A stretch of 30,165 nucleotides of DNA from Candidatus Scalinduaceae bacterium (GCA_046759445.1 JBHICG010000041.1:1-30165), one strand, 5' to 3'; shown: positions 1 to 8,783, counted from the first letter of the stretch. Numbers and translations: made by a program. Notes: a model not told the origin generated them from the letters alone.

Positions 1-55
1 ATAGAGCGACGGTTTCCTAAACCGTAGGCCAGAGGTTCGAATCCTCTCGGGCGTA
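1..55 (+). tRNA. tRNA-Arg (anticodon CCT), 5' end outside window
   Basis: D-arm end ATAGAGC, anticodon arm ACGGT-TTCCTAA-ACCGT, T-arm AGAGG-TTCGAAT-CCTCT, acceptor 3' strand CGGGCGT-A; CCA not encoded. Confidence 0.93.
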
Positions 56-148
56 TCTTATTTTACAAGGACTTACGATTTCCAGCTTGTAGACTTTTAT
101 GTTCAATTGTCAAGTAAATTTGAAGTGTCCTCTACTATTTTTACTTGC

Positions 149-781
149 TTACTTTTTGCTAGGATACCAAAATGCCCAGCTTTTGCTTTTTTCTATTACA
201 GATGGGAATTGTGGACCTGTTGGACAATCATATGAGCCATCATATGTATATTTTCCCAGTGTTTTATGCAAAATAATTTGCCCTATCGGTATGCCAGGGT
301 AAAGAACGATTGGCACTTCACCTTCATTTATAATTTCTAATGTGATACAACCCTTAAAACCTGGATCAACTTTTGTTGCTGTAGCAACGATGAGACCCAT
401 TCTACCCCAAGTTGACTTTCCACTTACATAGCACATTAAACCAGTGGGCACTTTGACATATTCAAAAGTGGACCCTATTATAAGCTGACGTGGATGCAGT
501 ATAAATTGTTCGTGAAAGTTTATCCTTATTTCCTCTTGGTATTTTCCTATATTAGTTTTTAGGTTTTTTTGATCAGCAACATCAAGAATAGGGAAAGTTT
601 GTTTTCTCATTACTATAAATTCATTTCCTAACCTTACGTCAATAGAGCATTCATCAATTGAGTCTTCGAAATCGATTAGGGGAGTAATGATTAAACGCTC
701 TTTAATATCAGGCTTCTCCATATATGCAAATATTTCACCTTTGCTAAGAACGCCACCCCCTTCCGGCACTTTATTATCCAT
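149..781 (-). CDS. dcd: dCTP deaminase (trimeric dUTPase-like fold)
   Basis: SIDVRLG, GKSTWGRMGL (cf. GRSSxARLGL), VDPGFKGCITLEIIN, LYPGIPIGQI motifs of the Dcd family. Confidence 0.9.
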   Translation of the reverse strand: MDNKVPEGGGVLSKGEIFAYMEKPDIKERLIITPLIDFEDSIDECSIDVRLGNEFIVMRKQTFPILDVADQKNLKTNIGKYQEEIRINFHEQFILHPRQLIIGSTFEYVKVPTGLMCYVSGKSTWGRMGLIVATATKVDPGFKGCITLEIINEGEVPIVLYPGIPIGQIILHKTLGKYTYDGSYDCPTGPQFPSVIEKSKSWAFWYPSKK

Positions 782-784
782 GTC

Positions 785-2257
785 TTACGTTTCTCCTATT
801 TTAAAATCATCTTCGATGCCTGCAAATTCAATCGCTTTGAGTGTTAAGCGGTTCATCCTATCCCTTAATTCTAAAATATCTTTATTAAATGTGCCATCGT
901 TAGTAAAAATATCATTTTCCCATGAAACTCTATGAAACCAGGCAGCATTTATGATTTCTACTATGGAAGCAGTTTCTCGGTGCTTAACAGATGGCTCGTA
1001 TGCATTTGGTGGGATTCCATTATTTATTCTCTCTATAAGATGAGGTAGGTGTCTATATAAAGAATCAGGAGTTATTGAATTGCTTAATAATATAGTTCTA
1101 AATTCCACGGTTGCGGTAGAAATGTCATTCAATATTTGCTTATATGCTATAGAGAGGATTGGGTCTTGATCAATCTTTTCTCTGTCACATTTATTATCGC
1201 TTAACCTTTTTATTAGATCAAATCTAGCGTTTACTTTCTGGCAAATGCTATTATTTTCAAAATTTTCGCTTTTTAAAGGGAAAAATGTTCCATGGTGTTC
1301 AATTATTTTGAGAATCTCACGAATTCGCATACGCCACGGTGGGTAAAAGTTGTTTTCTAACCTCGGAATTGAGTCTAGATCGTCTTGCAAAGCTATTTCC
1401 CATGTAGAAAACAAAACTGCAGGACCAAATAACATGGTGCCTATAATATCTGCTAATAACTCCTCTAATCCTCTCTTCCATGCTTCAATTGCAGTTTCAA
1501 GTGCCAATTGAGTTCGCTCTTGTATTATTACTGGAGTGAAAAGATTGTCAGGTGGCAAATCATCTTTCACCACACTATTTATAATTTGTTCTCGATTGTT
1601 GCTGTTAAATAACTTATCTAGTTCATTTGTAAAAAAGTTTTGTGAGAAAAGATGTCCAATTTCATGACCTAGCAGACAGTGAAGTAAAATATTTTTTCTT
1701 TCTAGGTATGGAAATGAGATGATATGAAAAGGTTCTGTCATGTTTTTTAATACATCTTCTAAATTTTCATGTTCACCAGAAATATCATCTTGGAACTCAT
1801 AAAGCATGTCATAATAGGCTTTCTTTATATCTTTAGTAACAACAGTATAATTATACTTCCATTGAGGTCTAAGCATGACTGTTGTGCTTGGTATAAGATT
1901 ATTTGCCAGCTTGGCAAAAGGTTTGATGAGACTCCAAGGTAACTTCCGTGTTGTAGCACCATCAACATAACGTAAATGCGCTGCCAGCTCTTTGACGATT
2001 ATATCAGCATCGCGTAAGCGTGTAATACAAGTCAATATTTCTTCATTACTACCGTCCCATGGTATTGAATTATATATTGATTTAACAGCAGTTTCCAAGT
2101 AACTGTATATTTTAGAAAGTGTCTTTGAAAGTTTAACAGGGGCTTCTGAGGCGTAGTTACGCGAAAGTAAATCTTGACATTTCTCTGCAGTTACTTGACA
2201 GCGGGATATTATCTCAAGCGTATATCCTTCTACAACTTCACGTGAGTAATGTGACAT
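785..2257 (-). CDS. hypothetical 490-aa protein with zincin/gluzincin-like metallopeptidase motif
   Basis: HEIGH at residues 198-202, downstream EELLAD (265-270) and YPPWRMR (305-311); 3-bp gap to dcd. Confidence 0.75.
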   Translation of the reverse strand: MSHYSREVVEGYTLEIISRCQVTAEKCQDLLSRNYASEAPVKLSKTLSKIYSYLETAVKSIYNSIPWDGSNEEILTCITRLRDADIIVKELAAHLRYVDGATTRKLPWSLIKPFAKLANNLIPSTTVMLRPQWKYNYTVVTKDIKKAYYDMLYEFQDDISGEHENLEDVLKNMTEPFHIISFPYLERKNILLHCLLGHEIGHLFSQNFFTNELDKLFNSNNREQIINSVVKDDLPPDNLFTPVIIQERTQLALETAIEAWKRGLEELLADIIGTMLFGPAVLFSTWEIALQDDLDSIPRLENNFYPPWRMRIREILKIIEHHGTFFPLKSENFENNSICQKVNARFDLIKRLSDNKCDREKIDQDPILSIAYKQILNDISTATVEFRTILLSNSITPDSLYRHLPHLIERINNGIPPNAYEPSVKHRETASIVEIINAAWFHRVSWENDIFTNDGTFNKDILELRDRMNRLTLKAIEFAGIEDDFKIGET

Positions 2258-2747
2258 TTGGGGTGAGATTCTTTTTTGACAGGAGTGTGTCTGTTTTGGG
2301 CATATAACGTTCCTGTTGTATGTCTTCCCTTAAAGCGTTTCCTAATATCAGGAAAAATTCGTTGGGCTTGGATAAATCTAAATTATCTTTTTCTTTTTTC
2401 TTCTCAAGCTGTTTTAAAATTTCTAACAGGTCTGAAAAGTAATCTGTTATAATGTTTTTATCTTTGTCCGTTAAATCTAATTGCTTGACGGTTACAAGAG
2501 CATATCCATACATTGTGATCTCTTTTTGTGTTGGTGGTTGCAGTCCACCATTTTCCTTCTTTCCTTCCGCAAATGCAGAACCTTCTTTAATTCCAGAAAG
2601 AAGATTTATTCCCCTATTTAGAATTTTTACCTGTACACCTGTTAACTCTTTTCCTCGTTTAGCAGCTTGAAGAACTTGTACAACTTTAGTAGTAAGGACA
2701 AGATAATTATATCGTCTGCTTTCTTCAGATAAGTTTAAAGGTGACAT
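2238..2747 (-). CDS. hypothetical 169-aa protein, probably helical
   Basis: Long ORF overlapping the next gene by 20 bp; sigma70-like promoter upstream. Confidence 0.75.
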   Translation of the reverse strand: MSPLNLSEESRRYNYLVLTTKVVQVLQAAKRGKELTGVQVKILNRGINLLSGIKEGSAFAEGKKENGGLQPPTQKEITMYGYALVTVKQLDLTDKDKNIITDYFSDLLEILKQLEKKKEKDNLDLSKPNEFFLILGNALREDIQQERYMPKTDTLLSKKNLTPNVTLLT

Positions 2748-2926
2748 ATATTAGTTTCCGATGGTATTATTTGCTTATAATATGATAATGAATGATTAAC
2801 GCCAAAAAGATAAGAAATTTTTTCTATTTTAAAGCGCTTATAAAAGAATTGTGTTTAACTACTCATATTTCTGATGTGCTATATATAGTATGGTATTGAG
2901 CACTACTATAAGTATATATTACATTG

Positions 2927-2955
2927 AAAATACGATTTTTTCATCTCTTTGTCAA
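2927..2955 (-). promoter_or_regulatory. sigma70-type promoter for the three-gene dcd operon
   Basis: Minus strand TTGACA-17 nt-TATTTT. Confidence 0.5.
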
Positions 2956-3213
2956 TAAAAAAATTCTATTGTTTTTGGCTTGACTAGCAAGGCTGAAAGA
3001 TATAAGGAAAAATAGTAATAATTAATAACTAAAAAGTAGCTTCTATTGTCGGATAATCGTTAGGTAAATCTGAGTTATCAACTTCACTATCCCACAACTT
3101 CTTATCAAGAACTTTTACAGCATTTGCCTTGCGGCCAAGGGCAAGATGGGCATATCTTTACATATGATTCAGTAATAAATGTGTCAAAATCATATTATAT
3201 TATATTATTTCTC

Positions 3214-3242
3214 TTGCTTTCATAAGTTATGTTTGATATTAT
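3214..3242 (+). promoter_or_regulatory. sigma70-type promoter for cold-shock gene
   Basis: TTGCTT-17 nt-TATTAT with TGn extended -10. Confidence 0.45.
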
Positions 3243-3361
3243 ATCTTAGTTGTTTGTTTTGTAATGTCGTATTATGTATATTTTTATAGTAAGACTGCGA
3301 GGTTTACAACTTGGTGGTCTTTTTTTTTACCTTTTTTCTATTAGAGGGGGTGATTTTCAGC

Positions 3362-3562
3362 ATGGCAAATGGGACTGTTAAGTGGTTTAGCGATTCAAAG
3401 GGCTTCGGCTTTATTTCTCAGGAGAACGGGGACGATGTCTTTGTGCATCATACTGCAATCCAGGGCGAGGGATTTAAGACTCTTTCAGAAGGAGATAAAG
3501 TAGAGTTTGAAATCGAACAAGGCCAAAAGGGCTGCAAGGCCTCACAAGTTGTCAAATTATAA
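3362..3562 (+). CDS. cold-shock protein (CspA family), 66 aa
   Basis: [12 protein letters not shown]1 KGFGFI, RNP2 VFVH; true start is the ATG at 3362 after GAGGGGG, not the upstream TTG of the ORF track. Confidence 0.96.
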   Translation: MANGTVKWFSDSKGFGFISQENGDDVFVHHTAIQGEGFKTLSEGDKVEFEIEQGQKGCKASQVVKL

Positions 3563-3668
3563 ATATATATAAAGACGTACTCATATATTTTACTGTATAA
3601 TTTTTCAAAAGAGAGTTTTATATAAAAATATAGAGTAGTTGTAAAAATATTATTATAGTGATGACGTG

Positions 3669-3710
3669 AAAGCCCCCAATATCTATAAAAGGGTGTTGGG
3701 GGCTTTTTTT
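3669..3710 (+). terminator. intrinsic terminator after csp
   Basis: AAAGCCCCCAATATC ... GGTGTTGGGGGCTTT stem followed by T-run. Confidence 0.85.
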
Positions 3711-4159
3711 ATATACGTATGTTTAGGAATTTCATAAACCACGATGTCACTAAAACTCAAAGATCATTCTTTATGATTTTAGTGTTAGACTGAACCTTTT
3801 CGATTATTCGAAATTCTGAGTTTCAAGTGGAGGAATGCCTGCACGTTACCCAAGTTTAAGACTATCCTTTGCTGTAGCCCATGCGGTACGGTTAAGACAT
3901 TTGTCAACTTCCCATATCCCCGAATCAATCCGTAAGTAGAGTCTGCATGAAAGATATCTCCACATCCTGTGGTATATTCAGCTTATACTTTACTTTCATC
4001 AACAGCTAGCTTTTTAACTACATTATCCCTAATGTGTAATCTATCAAGTTTTCCCATTGTTATTGTCTCCTTATGTATACAAATTATATTATCATCTGCA
4101 GTATAATAACCAGATAAAATCTAAATGCATTAGCACATTATTGCTTTTATTTCCTATCT

Positions 4160-4288
4160 ACTGTCGAGTAAACACTTTAAAGCAATCTTAAATAAACAAG
4201 AATTATGTAGAAAGTTGCCTTCATTAATCCTTAATAGAATCAAACACTTAGTAATAAGCAGGAAAAGTAATAACACTTTTGAAAGGAA
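4160..4288 (+). repeat. conserved element right-end sequence, copy 1
   Basis: Homologous to 6071-6195: TGTC(G/A)AGTAAAC, a 22/28 identical block, identical TAATAGAATCAAACACTT, TAACACTT, AAAGGAAT; contains IHF-consensus AATCAAACACTTA at 4238-4250. Confidence 0.85.
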
Positions 4289-4316
4289 TTCCTAAACCGT
4301 AGGCCAGAGGTTCGAA
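4289..4316 (+). repeat. att-like direct repeat of tRNA-Arg 3' half (copy 1)
   Basis: TTCCTAAACCGTAGGCCAGAGGTTCGAA identical to 14-41. Confidence 0.95.
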
Positions 4317-4649
4317 CTCACTCGCTCACCTTAACCAATAACGCAAATCTTATTAATTGTTCTAATTTGTGTTTTGTGTGTCTCGTTTACACACGCTAAG
4401 TAGATAGATACTCCTCCATTGGACTATGCACAGTTGTATTTTAATGTATAAAAATTATACAGGTGATATAATTTTATACATGCATTAGGCAAAAGAAGAA
4501 CCACCACTTCCTGATGACACACTAAAATGAATTCTGAACGGTTTTCTAAAAGGCAAGAGAATATGGAAAATAGGTTAATACGAGCATAGCAGGTATGTTT
4601 AGTTTTTTGATAGATAAAGTACTACGTAGAAACAATAATTAGATAAAAA

Positions 4650-4665
4650 AGGAACGCATTTTGCA
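4650..4665 (+). promoter_or_regulatory. putative sigma54 (-24/-12) promoter
   Basis: AGGAACGCATTTTGCA = GG-N10-GC, close to TGGCACG-N4-TTGC; palindrome at 4444-4481 upstream. Confidence 0.35.
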
Positions 4666-4834
4666 TGTATCATATAGATACAAAAAAAGACGTAGTTGTA
4701 ACTGCATCAAGTCATTTAAGAACGCATGAATAAACTTGCGCAACGGTATATCACATGTTGATGAAGATAAATAAAAAGAAAAAAATAGTGCTGTTGTTGA
4801 GCTTAATCGCTAGAAAGGAAATGAGGGGGTCTAA

Positions 4835-5857
4835 ATGCTAATATCTGGCAAAAAAAAGTTTGTCCAATCTCCATTTGTTTCTGAAGATGAATTAAAAAAA
4901 ATGGTTATAGAAAGTGCTGATTACTTCTTTGGGCCGAGTGCTTTTTGTCTCTCGAAAGAGCTAATTTCATCCAGAGAAGGTTTCGAAGTGATTCCAGATG
5001 GATTTGCGGTTGATATTTCAAACCGACAATGGTTTGTCGTAAATGCTACACTCGCCAAGCACAATGTTTGGAGTCATATGGCTCCACAAGTAGCAAAGCA
5101 ACTTATAGCCGCTGATCGATCAACCACAAGACAACTGCTCATTGAACTCTTTGTCCAACAGGTTCGAGAGAATAATAAATTGATAGAATATTTTTTTGAA
5201 GAAGGTATTCATATGGAAGATAAAAAGGGTGTCCTAGAGAAAGACATTCGTGGTGTCTTTGGAGAAATTTTCGGGAAGAGTCCTATTTTGGGGATGACAA
5301 TAGATTCCATATCCAACGATTTAAGGGATTGGGTTGCAATTTTAAAGGTAAATGTAAGATTATGGATAGTTAAGAGATACGTCGAATTTGGAAATACCGA
5401 AAATATAATGTATGAAATTCCGGAGGAATATCGTCCTGAATTGGATACGACAGAGGAATCTAATTCTTCTGAAAATGGGATTACTCGATATGATGTCACA
5501 TTGGATAACTTGATCCAAACAGGACTGCTTTCTGTAGGAGAAAGCCTTTACATGATATATAATCCTAATAATAACAATAAAAGAAAAAAATATGATGCTA
5601 CGATACAGGACGACGGATCTCTACAAGTTCTCGGCAAGGCATTCAGCAATCCTATCTATGCAGCATTATATGGAATTCAAGACTCTGGTAGTAATAGAAA
5701 AACTATAGATGGGTGGAATAGTTGGAAAAATTCGAAAGATCGCACATTGGCAGATTTAAGAGATGAGTATTTGAAGAATATTAGAAAAGCTAAAACAATT
5801 GAAGATGATGCAAAGTCAGAGGAAAAAATGACCGTCAGCCAAGTAGAGTACCAATAA
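4835..5857 (+). CDS. protein with N-terminal restriction-endonuclease-like (PD-(D/E)xK) domain and C-terminal RAMA-like domain
   Basis: EDELKKMV...IPDGFAVD...WFVV...H..PQV pattern; C-terminal TLDNLIQTGLL..GE...ATIQDDGSL...FSNP..AA...DGWNSWK...TLADLR pattern; RBS GAGGGGG. Confidence 0.65.
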   Translation: MLISGKKKFVQSPFVSEDELKKMVIESADYFFGPSAFCLSKELISSREGFEVIPDGFAVDISNRQWFVVNATLAKHNVWSHMAPQVAKQLIAADRSTTRQLLIELFVQQVRENNKLIEYFFEEGIHMEDKKGVLEKDIRGVFGEIFGKSPILGMTIDSISNDLRDWVAILKVNVRLWIVKRYVEFGNTENIMYEIPEEYRPELDTTEESNSSENGITRYDVTLDNLIQTGLLSVGESLYMIYNPNNNNKRKKYDATIQDDGSLQVLGKAFSNPIYAALYGIQDSGSNRKTIDGWNSWKNSKDRTLADLRDEYLKNIRKAKTIEDDAKSEEKMTVSQVEYQ

Positions 5858-6070
5858 CAGCACAAAAAAGTATCAAAGTCAATTAACAAAAAGATGGATC
5901 AGTAAATAGGTTAGCTTCCTCGTCTTTACTCTGCTCAAATTAATAACCTCCATTAATACATTCCCTTATATTCACAAAACATAAAACAGGGTAGTTCATG
6001 CATCAAATTGCAAAATTAATGCAGTACTATATAGCGGAAATCACATAATATCTCCCCTTATTGTCAACTA

Positions 6071-6195
6071 ATTGTCAAGTAAACGTTCCAAATCACTCTC
6101 AAATAGATAGGAATTATAACAAGGGCTATTCTTACTTCTAATAGAATCAAACACTTTACACTAAACAAGTAAAGTGTTAACACTTCTCAAAGGAA
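6071..6195 (+). repeat. conserved element right-end sequence, copy 2
   Basis: Homologous to 4160-4288; tandem TTGTCAACTAA/TTGTCAAGTAA at 6061-6082; 10-bp inverted repeat 6150-6159/6169-6178. Confidence 0.85.
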
Positions 6196-6236
6196 TCCTA
6201 AACCGCAGGTCATAGGTTCACATCCTCTCGGACGTA
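6196..6236 (+). repeat. att-like degenerate repeat of tRNA-Arg 3' half (copy 2)
   Basis: 35/41 identical to 15-55. Confidence 0.92.
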
Positions 6237-6408
6237 ACACATTTATAATTACCCACCACTGACATTCAATAATATCCCTTTTATTGTAACTAAAGTTTTA
6301 GTCAGAAAATCCGATATTAAGGAAAGTTAACATTTTAAACATTATTTATTGATAATAAGTCTCAAGCCCCAAACTCGTCTAGACAAAACTATAAAAAGGA
6401 GAGATAGG

Positions 6409-6624
6409 ATGAGAATCAATAAATTTTCTCGGAATTTATATAACAACAAAGAATCCGTTGAAGAAACCATCGAAAAGCAGGAAAAGATATTTCACAAGAT
6501 TTTAGAAGAACAATATACTTTACTATTGCAATTAATTTTAAAAACACATGATACCTGTTTCATAGAACAATCTTATCGGAAATACAACCCGGGCATGGAA
6601 GATCGTGGGATTCTAGAAGAATAG
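6409..6624 (+). CDS. small hypothetical protein (71 aa)
   Basis: ATG preceded by AAGGAGAG; no recognisable motif. Confidence 0.4.
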   Translation: MRINKFSRNLYNNKESVEETIEKQEKIFHKILEEQYTLLLQLILKTHDTCFIEQSYRKYNPGMEDRGILEE

Positions 6625-6874
6625 TTTTATAAAACTTTGAAAAACACATATTATACACACAAAGTATCCCCCCACATCGTATTCATTTCATAAATAACTA
6701 TAATCCCTTAGTTTCCATTTTCGCATATTATCTTTAAAACCTCAATTTTTTGCAGAATCTGGATTTGGACAAAACAACACATTTGAGATTAAACCAAAAA
6801 CACTTTTACGCCATTAAAACAAAATATCATTTTAAGATAACATTTTATATTATGCAATTCGTGAGGTTTAATTC

Positions 6875-6904
6875 TTGACACAAGTCCCTGGTATTTAATA
6901 AAAT
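6875..6904 (+). promoter_or_regulatory. sigma70-type promoter
   Basis: TTGACA-18 nt-TAAAAT upstream of TPR gene. Confidence 0.45.
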
Positions 6905-6961
6905 TAAGGTTTTGGAAAAACCTTTTTATGTACATAAAAGTTAATAACATTCTAAATCGTT

Positions 6962-7627
6962 ATGGAAAATATTGAAAATATTAAAGAGAAAACTCATGAG
7001 TATTTAAAAATATTAAATGAACACTGGCTAAAAATAAGCATTGGTATTGCAGTAATTGTAGCAGTTAGCGTACCAGTATTTCTTTACAGGCAGAAAAAAA
7101 ATAATGATTTTAATGAAGTCTGGAGTAGGATATGGCGAAATAATTATGAGATTGTGGTTGCCCAACAAGAGGGACCAGAAAAAAAAACTGAGACTATAGA
7201 GGGAGCCATTAACGAATATACCTTCTTAAAGAACAGTTTATCGACAACCAATGCCACTCCATGGTTACTATTAGAACTTGGCAATACACAATACAATGCA
7301 AAGAAATATGACGATGCAATTGTAACCTATAAGGAATTTATACAAAGAGTTGGTAACCACCCTCTGGTGCCCATCGTAAGACAATCTCTGGGATATGCTT
7401 ATGAGGAAAATGGGCAATTGAAAGAGGCTATTGATCAATTCGAAAAAATTGTGATAGACACTGAAGCTACGTTTCTTAAAGCACAAGCCAAGTTAGATGC
7501 AGGAAGGTGCTATGAAAAATTAGGCGAATTAAGTGCAGCAGTAGCCGCATACAAAGATGTGATAGATTTTTTGCCTGAAAGTCATTGTGCAAGAATGGCT
7601 AAGTATCGCATGGAGGGCATTAAGTGA
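6962..7627 (+). CDS. membrane-anchored tetratricopeptide repeat protein (YfgM-like)
   Basis: N-terminal TM helix, three TPR-like repeats (LGNTQY..., LGYAYE..., AGRCYE...). Confidence 0.85.
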   Translation: MENIENIKEKTHEYLKILNEHWLKISIGIAVIVAVSVPVFLYRQKKNNDFNEVWSRIWRNNYEIVVAQQEGPEKKTETIEGAINEYTFLKNSLSTTNATPWLLLELGNTQYNAKKYDDAIVTYKEFIQRVGNHPLVPIVRQSLGYAYEENGQLKEAIDQFEKIVIDTEATFLKAQAKLDAGRCYEKLGELSAAVAAYKDVIDFLPESHCARMAKYRMEGIK

Positions 7628-8700
7628 TTTTCAATACCGTTAAAGAATTTAAAGCAAAAAAGATTGTGCATGAAGAAGACAGATCAGAGCAAATTCAGTT
7701 AGTCGTTAAGAAAAAACACAATTCCAAAAGAATTGACAAATATCTTGTTTCACGGTTACAAGATTATTCACGCAATACTGTGCAGAAATTAATAAAGAAT
7801 GGTGTTGTCAAGGTAAATAACATTACCGTGAAAAATAGTTATGAAATAAAATTAAAAGACGTTATTTCAATTCAGTTACCAGTAAAAGATAATGGTAAGA
7901 TCGTTCCTGAAAATATCCCGCTTGATGTTATATATGAAGACGAACATTTAATGGTTTTGAATAAGCCCCCGGATATGGTTGTACACCCTGCTCGCGGTCA
8001 TGCAATTGGAACATTGGTAAATGCTTTGGCTTTTCATTGCGAAAACCTCTCTTCAATAAATGGCCCACTAAGACCGGGAATAGTCCACAGGTTAGACAGG
8101 GATACAAGCGGAGTTATCATAGTTGTAAAAAATGAAAAAGTACATAAACATCTAGCATTACAGTTCGAAAAAAGAGAGATAAGGAAGGAATACATTGCCG
8201 TAATTAAGGGCGAGACAGAACTTGATTCAGACAAGATTGATTTGCCAATCGGAAAGGATAAAAGGACTAGGAAAAAAATGGCAATCCGCCACGACATAGG
8301 AAAAAGTGCTGTTTCTGTTTTCAAAGTAAAAGAACGCTTTCGTGGTTACACACTAGTTAAGATAATTCCAGAAACTGGAAGGACTCACCAGATCAGAGTT
8401 CACATGAAAACTATTGGCCACCCCATAATAGCTGATTCAGAATACAATAACAGTGATGTGTGTTATCTTGAGGATTTACTCAGACCTTTTCCAAATATAG
8501 AAATTTACAAACTTGCAAAATTAAAAGAATTGTGGAATAATAGTAGTAATCCAATCATTCATAGACATGCATTACATGCTCATAAGGTAAATTTCTTCCA
8601 TCCTATCTTAAACAAAAGGATGGAATTTACAGCCGAATTACCTGAAGATATGTTTAATTTAATAACAATTCTCAGGAAGATTAATATCTTATTAAATTAA
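7624..8700 (+). CDS. rluD: RluA/RluD family 23S rRNA pseudouridine synthase
   Basis: S4 domain (RIDKYL...SR), NKPPDMVVHP, HRLDRDTSG, TGRTHQIRVH, LHA. Confidence 0.93.
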   Translation: MIFNTVKEFKAKKIVHEEDRSEQIQLVVKKKHNSKRIDKYLVSRLQDYSRNTVQKLIKNGVVKVNNITVKNSYEIKLKDVISIQLPVKDNGKIVPENIPLDVIYEDEHLMVLNKPPDMVVHPARGHAIGTLVNALAFHCENLSSINGPLRPGIVHRLDRDTSGVIIVVKNEKVHKHLALQFEKREIRKEYIAVIKGETELDSDKIDLPIGKDKRTRKKMAIRHDIGKSAVSVFKVKERFRGYTLVKIIPETGRTHQIRVHMKTIGHPIIADSEYNNSDVCYLEDLLRPFPNIEIYKLAKLKELWNNSSNPIIHRHALHAHKVNFFHPILNKRMEFTAELPEDMFNLITILRKINILLN

Positions 8701-8783
8701 GCAATCAGTTCATAATTGACAGTATAAAACTTAATTGAGTTTTAAAAGATTATAATATAAATCTTAAACGGGGAGAAAAAAAT

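Larger units (their letters stand above)
56..4316. mobile_element. tRNA-Arg-integrated genomic island 1 (no integrase seen)
   Basis: Bounded by a perfect 28-bp direct repeat of the tRNA 3' half (14-41 = 4289-4316); accessory cargo; conserved right-end sequence shared with island 2. Confidence 0.75.
4317..6236. mobile_element. tRNA-Arg-integrated genomic island 2 (single-gene cargo, no integrase)
   Basis: Lies between two copies of the tRNA 3' fragment; right end homologous to that of island 1. Confidence 0.7.

Noticed and set aside
3311..3361. N-terminal extension of the cold-shock ORF in the ORF track
   Set aside because: It is a translation of the T-rich leader; the RBS and family alignment support the start at 3362.
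3780..4057. Minus-strand ATG at 4057 with strong RBS (AAGGAG)
   Set aside because: The frame stops after 24 codons and the other frames are interrupted; it may be a decayed gene but no family is recognisable.
4289..4330. Second or third tRNA genes at 4289 and 6196
   Set aside because: Only the 3' half from the anticodon loop is present, with no D-arm or 5' acceptor strand; treated as att repeats.
14..6236. CRISPR-like interpretation of the repeated 28-mer
   Set aside because: Copies are kilobases apart and derive from the tRNA; there is no regular repeat-spacer array or cas gene in the window.
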